10,044 bases of DNA from Nitrospinota bacterium (GCA_038108555.1 JAYNIA010000070.1:1-10044), one strand, 5' to 3'. Positions 1-6,748 are shown, counted from the first letter of the stretch. The notes: a model not told the origin generated them from the sequence alone. Numbers and translations: made by a program.

Positions 1-374
1 TTTTGACCCAAATCCTAACATAGGCATTGGATCAGTTTATTGGGGGCAGGCCATAAGAACTTGCCTATTCTTAAAAGGATTTTGGTCGAGTCACTTTTCC
101 TGTTTTAAAAATAATAACAGGATATTCGGAAAAACTAAATAAAATTTTGGTTAAGTGAAAAAACTTTAAGGAAGCTATTTGGGGAAGGATGTATGACTGA
201 CACAAAAAACTTAATCTAACCATACTGGCTATTCGGGGCGTAAAGTTTGTGTAGGGGATACCCGTGCTACCCCGAGGGGGCATGAATTTAAAGGTGTTGA
301 TACACGGGCATGAAGGCTAGGGAAAGTCGCCACGACCACGCCGGTTCCTTCCTGGTGATGACAACTCGGGACTC

Positions 375-400
375 CATCCTTCGATAAAACTCAGGATGAC
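375..400 (-). repeat. GTC-tagged REP-like palindrome
   Basis: Minus strand reads GTCATCCTGAGTTTTATCGAAGGATG, with stem CATCCT/AGGATG. It resembles, from memory, the widespread GTCA(T/C)CCTGAGCnnGTCGAAGG repeat. Confidence 0.5.
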
Positions 401-410
401 TTAATGTCAA

Positions 411-437
411 TCACCCCAACCCTCTTCAAGAAGAGGG
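411..437 (+). repeat. Third, truncated BoxC/REP-like element; may double as a terminator hairpin
   Basis: TCACCCCAA CCCTCTT-CAAG-AAGAGGG resembles the 6654-6738 copies. A T-tract follows at 444-452. Confidence 0.6.
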
Positions 438-470
438 AGTTGATTTTTATTTGCCCGCAGCGGCTCGCTG

Positions 471-905
471 CTACATTCCTACTTTTTCTCTTACTTGATC
501 CATCACTTTTGCGTCGATGGTGGTGATGTTATTTTCAACGCAATAATTGATGACGGTCTTTTTCGCCATCCCGCGTACGAAGAAAGGGACTTTTTTGATT
601 CGCTGTTCCGCTTCTTCTGTCCAGATGAGATCGTCTTCGGGATTGGTCTTTTTGAGTTCGTCTTTTGCCTGGGCGAGTGAGGAACTTACTGCCGCCATTG
701 GGGATTTGCTAACATCGGTCGCGCCACCCATTTCAACACCCAGTTTGCTGACGAATTCGGTTTCGAAGTTGTTGGTGAGCATGGCGATGCTGTGTCCGCA
801 TTTCTTGCATTTGAACTTCATCGTCAGGTTCTGTTTTTCTTCCGGCATGATGCCATCGACTTGTACTTCCATCTTGACATCACAAGGGATACAAAGGAAT
901 TTCAT
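471..905 (-). CDS. Small protein with two N-terminal CxxC motifs (zinc-ribbon/Fe-S-like) and a C-terminal PCP_red-like domain ('PCP reductase family protein'), 144 aa
   Basis: C5-I-P-C8 and C33-K-K-C36. C-terminal WTEEAEQRIKKVPFFVRGMAKKTV..Y matches the W..EA..L..VPFFVR..A pattern of the BchB/ChlB C-terminal PCP_red domain. Strong SD AGGAGG (910-915, minus) 4 nt before ATG. Starts 18 nt after the Mrp stop. Confidence 0.85.
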   Translation of the reverse strand: MKFLCIPCDVKMEVQVDGIMPEEKQNLTMKFKCKKCGHSIAMLTNNFETEFVSKLGVEMGGATDVSKSPMAAVSSSLAQAKDELKKTNPEDDLIWTEEAEQRIKKVPFFVRGMAKKTVINYCVENNITTIDAKVMDQVREKVGM

Positions 906-923
906 TACGCCTCCTAATTGGGA

Positions 924-1799
924 CTATTTTTTGATAAATTTTTCGATATTGTCAACCGTATCAGCGATGGCTTTGCCGGTAACAGAATCTTTAAACTCGG
1001 CGAAGAAAAGCTGGCCCGACTTGCTTTGCGACACGCGCGTGTCGAAGGGGATCTTCCCTATATAAGGAATCTCTTTTCTTTCCGTTAATTTTTCCACATC
1101 GTCTCCTGCAAACAGTTTGCCTTCTTTTTCGCAGTGCGGGCAAACATAGGTGGCCATGTTTTCCACCAGTCCTATGATGGGCACTCCCATTTTATTATTT
1201 TTGGTGATCGACTTGGTCACGATATGCTGCGACAGCATGGACGGGATGGTGATTTCCACCGCGCCTGCCAGTTCGGGGATGAGGGACCGGATATTGTCGA
1301 TGCGGTCACTGCCCGGCGGCATGTCGATTAAGAGATAGTCCAACTCGCCCCAGTTGGTGTCTGCCAGTAGTTCACGGATGGCGGTGGACTCCATGGTGCT
1401 GACCCATACCGCTGTGGCGCTGGCATCTTCGGTCCACATCACCGGAGTGTCGTCGGATTTCAAAAGCATTTCCATGGACATGATTTTGATGCCCTGATGG
1501 CCGATGCCCGGTTCGACACCGTCGTCTTTCATTTGCAGGTCTTTACCGACGCCCAGAAGGTGGGCGATGCTGGGTCCGTTCAAATCGGCATCGAGTATTC
1601 CCACTTTATAACCACGGTCTGCAAGGCAGGATGCGATATTGGCTGTGATGGAACTTTTGCCTACGCCGCCTTTGCCGCTCATGAGTGCGACTTTATGTTT
1701 TATTTTGTCCAGGCGGCCTCGTAGTTTTTCTCCGAGCTTGGTGACCTGTCCGATAATGTCCGATCCGCCATCTCCGGCGAGATCTTCGTATGTTTTCAT
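924..1799 (-). CDS. mrp: Mrp/NBP35 (ApbC) family P-loop ATPase, iron-sulfur cluster carrier, 291 aa
   Basis: Deviant Walker A SGKGGVGKS, LDADLNGPS, WGELDYLLIDMPPG, GLVENM, CPHC cluster-bridging motif, IPFD. Start placed at ATG 1799 (MKTYEDL) rather than 1877 because SD AAGGGAG (1807-1813, minus) lies 7 nt upstream. Confidence 0.93.
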   Translation of the reverse strand: MKTYEDLAGDGGSDIIGQVTKLGEKLRGRLDKIKHKVALMSGKGGVGKSSITANIASCLADRGYKVGILDADLNGPSIAHLLGVGKDLQMKDDGVEPGIGHQGIKIMSMEMLLKSDDTPVMWTEDASATAVWVSTMESTAIRELLADTNWGELDYLLIDMPPGSDRIDNIRSLIPELAGAVEITIPSMLSQHIVTKSITKNNKMGVPIIGLVENMATYVCPHCEKEGKLFAGDDVEKLTERKEIPYIGKIPFDTRVSQSKSGQLFFAEFKDSVTGKAIADTVDNIEKFIKK

Positions 1800-1931
1800 G
1801 GAAAAACTCCCTTTATATAAAGAAACAATAATACAGGAAATCGGGCTTGTTTTAAAGGGTTTCTTAAGATTTTCCAATTAGATAAAAGGAGTTAGGGGTA
1901 ATTTTGTAGGGTTATTCCTTTATCCTTGTTG

Positions 1932-1986
1932 TTTCATGGATTTTTAATGGGAAATTAACAATAAAAGCCAGATGGAATGCTATTAT
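1932..1986 (+). promoter_or_regulatory. Putative Pho-box-like 11-bp-periodic repeats plus extended -10 upstream of phoX
   Basis: TTTCAT (1932-37), TTTAAT (1943-48) and ATTAAC (1954-59) at exact 11-nt spacing. TGcTATTAT at 1978-1986. SD AGGAGA ahead of ATG 2019. Confidence 0.5.
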
Positions 1987-2018
1987 CCGGTGTTTAGAAT
2001 AACCTTAGGAGACCGTCC

Positions 2019-4082
2019 ATGAGTTCCGACAATGAGATCAATTCCATAATGAGGATATGGGTTGTGGTTTTCTGCGGTCTTTTCCTGGTTTTCCAATGCG
2101 GGCGGCACGAGATGCAGGAACCGATGGTTTCTGAAGTGGCTGAACCGGCTCCCTCCAATCTGGTATCTGTTGAGTTCACCCACACCGAATTTCCACCAAA
2201 AGATCTTCCAGAAGAAGTTCCGTACAGCAAATCCGTTTTGCGATTGAAATTTAAGAATGGAAAGAAAAGAGAAATTTCTCTTGGTTATAACAAGATACTT
2301 TCTTCGGGAGATTCCATCGGCGGACAGCAGGTAGGACTGGTAAAAAATGTTGAAGGCAAACCTATCACCGAATGGGGAACCTCTGCGGATGGATTGAAGA
2401 TTCGAAACGGCACCATTGCTCTGTCAGGTGCAGACGGCAACAGTTTGCTTCTCCCTACCGGGAAAACGGACCCGCTTTATCTGGTGACCCATTTCGAGCA
2501 TCGTTCCTGGGTTGAAAGTGACAAGCTGGATGGATTGCCGGTGGTGGTCGAGCGCGACCTTCCTTTAGCAATGAACCTGACCCGGTTGGAGCAGAATCCT
2601 AAAAACGGAAAATTAAAACCACTCACGTTGAAGAATATTGATATGAGTGGAGTCGGGGGGCTCTGGTATCCCTGTTCTTCCTCGCGCACCCCGTGGAACA
2701 CGCATCTGGGTTCGGAGGAGTACGAACCGGATGCAAAATGGTTCGAACATAGACCTTTTGAACCTTTGAACCGGTACTTTGGCACTACGGGGAAAATTTT
2801 GCAGCAGGGAGGGGCGAATCCCTACAACTATGGATTTCCTGTAGAAGTTTCGGTGGATAAAAAGGGCAACACAAAGGTGAAGAAAAGATATGCCATGGGC
2901 CGTATCAGTCTCGAACTGGGTCTGGTAATGCCCGATGAAAAAACCGTCTACCTGACAGACGATGGCTATGATGTGGTGCGATTGATGTTTGTGGCAGATC
3001 GTCCCCGGGACCTTTCCAGCGGAACTTTGTATGCGGCGAAGTGGAATCAGACCTCTGCAAAAAACGGCGGCAGGGCGGATTTGCAATGGATTCGATTAGG
3101 CCATGGCGATGAGAAGAAGATTCGCAAATGGATAGATAAACGCATCACCTTTTCAGATATTTTTGATTGGCAGGAATCTTCTTTTTACAACGTCTCGTCT
3201 GATTACAAACCGATCTACGTTTTTCAGGGATTCAATACCAAACCCGAGTACCCGAAAAAAGAAGCCAAAGAGCATTTGTTTGGCAAAATAGATGAAAAAA
3301 GGAAATCCGCTTTAAAACCTTTCAAAGTGGATGAGTTGGACAAACAACTTCAATACCTGAAAGTGAAGCCGGGAATGGAAGAGGCGGCGACCTTTCTTGA
3401 AACCCGCAGGTATGCAGGACTTCGCGGTGCCACCACCGAGTTCACCAAACTGGAAGGGCAGGCGCTCAATGTGGCGGATCGTAAACTGTACACCGTATCA
3501 TCGAAGGTCAAACGCGGGGCGGTGGAGGGTAAAAACGGATCGCGTCCGCAGGACCATATCAAATTAAAAGGGAAGAAGGGGGATCTGGCATGTGGGGTCA
3601 TTTATGAAAGTGACCTCAAAGAAAAAGCGGTGGACCATGAAGGTCGGCCCATAGCCAGCACGTGGGTGGCGGTGAATATGAAAGCTCTACTTTCGGGACG
3701 AAAGGGTGAAAAAAAGAAGTGTGATCCCGATACCATCGGTAACCCAGACAACATTGTTTACTCGGAAAAGTTACGTCATTTGTTGATTGCGGAAGATTCA
3801 TCGGGGAGGCATCCTCGCGATTTCCTGTGGGCTTATTCAATAGATACTAAAAAACTTTCGCGCATTTTAGTTGCTCCAAAATTTTCCGAAATATCAGGAC
3901 TACATGTTGCTGAAGATGTGAATGGATTCTGGTATCTTTTTGCTAGTCTGCAGAAAGACCCGAACCTGGAATTTCTATATTTTGGAGAGCCCCGAGACAA
4001 GATAAACAACCTTATAAAAAACGGCTATATGCGTGGAATTTCAGGCTATTTAGGTCCCGCCAACCTCAGGCCACCTTCCTGA
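2019..4082 (+). CDS. phoX: PhoX / DUF839 family alkaline phosphatase (Fe/Ca-dependent), exported, 687 aa
   Basis: Motifs YLVTHFE, WYPCSSSRTPWNTHLGSEEYEPD, NPYNYGFPVEV, MGRISLE, VYLTDD, DLSSGTLYAAKW, FTKLEG, GNPDNI, LIAED, SEISG. N-terminal hydrophobic segment ends in C27. Confidence 0.88.
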   Translation: MSSDNEINSIMRIWVVVFCGLFLVFQCGRHEMQEPMVSEVAEPAPSNLVSVEFTHTEFPPKDLPEEVPYSKSVLRLKFKNGKKREISLGYNKILSSGDSIGGQQVGLVKNVEGKPITEWGTSADGLKIRNGTIALSGADGNSLLLPTGKTDPLYLVTHFEHRSWVESDKLDGLPVVVERDLPLAMNLTRLEQNPKNGKLKPLTLKNIDMSGVGGLWYPCSSSRTPWNTHLGSEEYEPDAKWFEHRPFEPLNRYFGTTGKILQQGGANPYNYGFPVEVSVDKKGNTKVKKRYAMGRISLELGLVMPDEKTVYLTDDGYDVVRLMFVADRPRDLSSGTLYAAKWNQTSAKNGGRADLQWIRLGHGDEKKIRKWIDKRITFSDIFDWQESSFYNVSSDYKPIYVFQGFNTKPEYPKKEAKEHLFGKIDEKRKSALKPFKVDELDKQLQYLKVKPGMEEAATFLETRRYAGLRGATTEFTKLEGQALNVADRKLYTVSSKVKRGAVEGKNGSRPQDHIKLKGKKGDLACGVIYESDLKEKAVDHEGRPIASTWVAVNMKALLSGRKGEKKKCDPDTIGNPDNIVYSEKLRHLLIAEDSSGRHPRDFLWAYSIDTKKLSRILVAPKFSEISGLHVAEDVNGFWYLFASLQKDPNLEFLYFGEPRDKINNLIKNGYMRGISGYLGPANLRPPS

Positions 4083-4147
4083 TTTTGTTGCCCCTGATTG
4101 ATTTAAAATTTCTCCAAAAATAAATAAAAAATTTTTTCATTTAAAAG

Positions 4148-4177
4148 TTGACCCTGAGGCTTTCGTTATTTTAGATT
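4148..4177 (+). promoter_or_regulatory. Putative sigma70 promoter for the helD-like gene
   Basis: TTGACC (4148-53) - 18 nt - TAGATT (4172-77), preceded by an A/T-tract UP-element-like stretch (~4115-4146). Confidence 0.45.
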
Positions 4178-4195
4178 AGGGGATTCATCTATAGG

Positions 4196-6364
4196 ATGAA
4201 CCGAAAAAACTTTAATGGAACACCTATGTCGCTGACGGAAGAAGAATTAGCCTATATCAAAGAAGAAGAGGAGCTTCTGGAGTCCACTCTGGAGTCTTTA
4301 TGTCGCCAGTTGCCTGCCGTACAGGAGGCGAAGATTAATGCCAACCAGGCGGCACGGGAACTGACCAGCCAGGTGGTCAATGAGTGGAATGATGAAGAAA
4401 GGCAGCCGCTTATTTCCGATGAGGCGGTGGCGCATTCGGTGCTCGATATCCGCAAGAACAGTGACAAGGCGTTGCTGGAACTGATTCAGGAACCCTATTT
4501 CGGCAGAGTGTCCACCATTGAAGACGATGGCAGCGAGGTTTCCTTCCTGATTGGCAAGAAGAGCAATATCGATGCGGGAATTGTCGACTGGCGTAATGGT
4601 CCCATTGCGGGGCTGTATTTCAACTATAAGCAGGATGAAGAATTTTATGAGGTCATCAATCAACGCGAGCGTAGCGGCAAAATAAAACTGCGCCGGTCCT
4701 ATAAGGTTGAAAATGGGCATCTGGTGCAAATCGATGCCCCTGAAGGTGTGTTCCGTCGGAATGAAGAGGGTTGGGAAAAACTCGATGTCGATTCAGAAAT
4801 TGCCGCGCATCGTTCACGCGGATTGCAGGCGAAAGAGAAAAGCCTGCCGAATATTCTATCTCTCATTACCAAAGATCAGTTTGAGTTGATAACCACCGAT
4901 CCGGACCGTCCCGTCATCATTCAGGGATCGGCGGGATCAGGAAAAACCACCGTTGCGCTGCATCGGTTGGCTTGGTTGCTTCACGAAAACAACTCCCAGG
5001 TTCGAGCGGATAAGACAAGAGTGGTGGTGATGAACCGGTCGCTGGCGGTTTATGTGAGCTCCACCCTGCCTTCGATGGGCATTGATGATGTGCAAACCAC
5101 CACGTTCAATAGTTGGGCACTGTCTGTAATTCGAAAAGCGGTTCGAGGCCAGCCCTTTTTCAAATTTTTAAATATCCCTTCGTTTGTTGAAGAGATCAAG
5201 TTCTCTGAAGAAATTTTACAGGCGATTGATGGTTGGGTAGAAAAGCAGAAATCCACTCTTGATGCGGAAATCAACAAACAGTTTTCCAGTCGTGAGGCAC
5301 ACAGGGAAGCCTGGGCGAAGAGTTCCAATAAACCTTTGCTGCCGAGGTTGAAAGATTTCAGTCATGATGTAAAAACTTCCAGATTGCCGGAAGCCGAGAA
5401 ACAACAGAAGCTGGGATTCATCAAAAAGCAGATTTCCAATTTGGAAGACTATCTGCAGGATTTATACAACCTGCTTTCCGATGCCGAGCATTTGAAAAAT
5501 TATTTGCCGGCGAGTCCAAAACTGAATTCCAATCTCGATTACCTGAAACGCCTGACTGAGAAAAACCGGCTGAAAAAGAATCTCGATTATTTTGACATGT
5601 CCCTGGTTCTGCGACTTATTCAGATAAAAAATGGTGGCCTTCCCGATGGCAAGGGTGGAACGGTTTCTTTAGACCATATCGTTATTGATGAAGCGCAGGA
5701 TTTTGGTCCCGTCGAATTTGCAATTATGATGGATGCGGTGAACGACAAACGTCAGGTTACGATAGTCGGCGATGTGGCTCAGAAAATTTTGCTGGCAAGG
5801 AAATTCATCGGTTGGAACAAGGTGGTGGAAAACCTTGGGTTGGATGAAGATTCCATCATTCAACTGGAAGTTTCGTTCCGGTGCACCGTTCCCATTATGA
5901 CTCTCGCACACAAGGTGGCGGGCGATCCCAAAAAGGTGGAGGGTCGACCGGGGTCGGCACCCGTATGGCAGCAGGCGGAAAACTATATCGATCTTATTGA
6001 AACTCTTGTCGATTGGTCCCGGAATTTGCTGCGAGCAGATCCTTACAAGCTAATTGCGTTGATTTGCCGGTATCCGAAGCAGGCCATGGAATTGAAAGAA
6101 GAAATGGAAGCGTATTTGCCGGGCGAGGTCCGGTTGGGACATCGCGACCAGTTTTCTTTCGAGCCGGGTATCCTGGTGACGAACATCCATCAGGTGAAGG
6201 GATTGGAGTTTGATTCCGTTGCATTGGTGGAACCGGATGAAGATAATTACCCGACGAAAAAAGAGGAAAGCCGCAACATGATTTATGTGGGTATCACTCG
6301 GACGCAGGAAGATTTGCTTCTAGCGACCATCGGGCCTTTCTCATCCGTTTTGACAGGAAAGTAA
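4196..6364 (+). CDS. helD: HelD-like SF1 (UvrD-family) ATPase, probable RNA polymerase recycling factor, 722 aa (alternative start ATG 4226)
   Basis: HelD-type N-terminal motifs EPYFGRV, FLIGK, IVDWRNGPIAGLY. SF1 motifs QGSAGSGKTTVALHRLAWLL, IVIDEAQD, VGDVAQ, SFRCT, KGLEFD, YVGITR. Confidence 0.8.
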   Translation: MNRKNFNGTPMSLTEEELAYIKEEEELLESTLESLCRQLPAVQEAKINANQAARELTSQVVNEWNDEERQPLISDEAVAHSVLDIRKNSDKALLELIQEPYFGRVSTIEDDGSEVSFLIGKKSNIDAGIVDWRNGPIAGLYFNYKQDEEFYEVINQRERSGKIKLRRSYKVENGHLVQIDAPEGVFRRNEEGWEKLDVDSEIAAHRSRGLQAKEKSLPNILSLITKDQFELITTDPDRPVIIQGSAGSGKTTVALHRLAWLLHENNSQVRADKTRVVVMNRSLAVYVSSTLPSMGIDDVQTTTFNSWALSVIRKAVRGQPFFKFLNIPSFVEEIKFSEEILQAIDGWVEKQKSTLDAEINKQFSSREAHREAWAKSSNKPLLPRLKDFSHDVKTSRLPEAEKQQKLGFIKKQISNLEDYLQDLYNLLSDAEHLKNYLPASPKLNSNLDYLKRLTEKNRLKKNLDYFDMSLVLRLIQIKNGGLPDGKGGTVSLDHIVIDEAQDFGPVEFAIMMDAVNDKRQVTIVGDVAQKILLARKFIGWNKVVENLGLDEDSIIQLEVSFRCTVPIMTLAHKVAGDPKKVEGRPGSAPVWQQAENYIDLIETLVDWSRNLLRADPYKLIALICRYPKQAMELKEEMEAYLPGEVRLGHRDQFSFEPGILVTNIHQVKGLEFDSVALVEPDEDNYPTKKEESRNMIYVGITRTQEDLLLATIGPFSSVLTGK

Positions 6365-6384
6365 AAACTATTTTGCGTTTTGAG

Positions 6385-6412
6385 TTGCGAAAACCGATGC
6401 GGGGATTATATT
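6385..6412 (+). promoter_or_regulatory. Putative sigma70 promoter downstream of the helD stop
   Basis: TTGCGA (6385-90) - 16 nt - TATATT (6407-12). The predicted start (~6417) coincides with the first hairpin of the structured segment. Confidence 0.4.
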
Positions 6413-6416
6413 CACA

Positions 6417-6592
6417 GGTGAAGGGATAAGAGACCCACCCTTAACCAAGGAGGTCGATATAGAGAAGGATAGTCCACCAAATCAGTTTTTTAAAACAAAT
6501 GAAAATATCCGTGCATAAGCAGGGATACGTCTCCCCGGCAGGGGAGTTCAAAAATCAGAAAAAACGCGTTGAGTGGTTGCAACGCGTTTTTT
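6417..6592 (+). ncRNA. Candidate ~175-nt small RNA (or long structured 3' UTR of helD)
   Basis: Successive hairpins: GGTGAAGGG/CCCTTAACC, TATCCgTGC-ATAA-GCAgGGATA, CTCCCC-GGCA-GGGGAG (GNRA loop). Flanked by promoter-like hexamers and an intrinsic terminator. No convincing ORF. Confidence 0.4.
6559..6592 (+). terminator. Rho-independent terminator, potentially bidirectional
   Basis: Perfect 13-bp inverted repeat AAAAAACGCGTTG / CAACGCGTTTTTT with an 8-nt loop, followed by GTTTTT. Confidence 0.85.
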
Positions 6593-6653
6593 GTTTTTGG
6601 AGCATCATTTAAATTGCCTGAGTGTAAGGTTATGGAAGGCAAAATTTTATAAT

Positions 6654-6738
6654 CACCCTCACCTCAATCCTCTCCCATCAAGGGAGAGTAGGCTAAAAAT
6701 CCCTTCTCCCCTGGTGGGAGAAGGTTAGGATGAAGGGG
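6654..6738. repeat. Inverted pair of BoxC/REP-like palindromic elements
   Basis: Copy 1 (+, 6654-6688): CACCCTCACCTCAATC CTCTCCC-ATCAA-GGGAGAG. Copy 2 (-, 6701-6738): CCCCTTCATCCTAA CCTTCTCCC-ACCAG-GGGAGAAGG G. Both have a pyrimidine-rich tail plus hairpin. Confidence 0.75.
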
Positions 6739-6748
6739 AATAATTAAT

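Noticed and set aside
71..283. 70-aa minus-strand ORF
   Set aside because: No SD, no recognisable motif, AT-rich intergenic composition, and it starts inside a hairpin element.
326..366. SRP RNA-like CAGGAAGGAACCGG on the minus strand
   Set aside because: Lacks the SRP domain IV arrangement CAGG-stem-GNRA-stem-AGCAG.
471..640. PCP_red domain as evidence of phototrophy or bchB
   Set aside because: Only the short C-terminal domain is present, with no nitrogenase-like oxidoreductase domain or bch/chl neighbours.
1800..1877. 26-aa N-terminal extension of Mrp in the ORF track
   Set aside because: A good SD precedes ATG 1799, and the extension overlaps AT-rich promoter-like sequence.
495..1881. 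Plus-strand ORFs (495-680, 547-1065, 1134-1331, 1150-1338, 1497-1724, 1639-1881)
   Set aside because: Antisense shadows of mrp and the PCP_red gene.
4083..4195. Rifamycin-associated element (RAE) indicating helR
   Set aside because: No GC-rich RAE-like palindrome upstream; the region is simply AT-rich.
1983..6224. Short overlapping or antisense ORFs inside phoX and helD
   Set aside because: No motifs; they overlap strongly supported genes.
6417..6592. 6S RNA or known riboswitch next to helD
   Set aside because: Folds as local hairpins rather than one long rod with a central bubble; no riboswitch consensus recognised.
6499..6612. 37-codon ATG ORF (MKISVHKQ...)
   Set aside because: No SD at suitable spacing, and it reads through the terminator.
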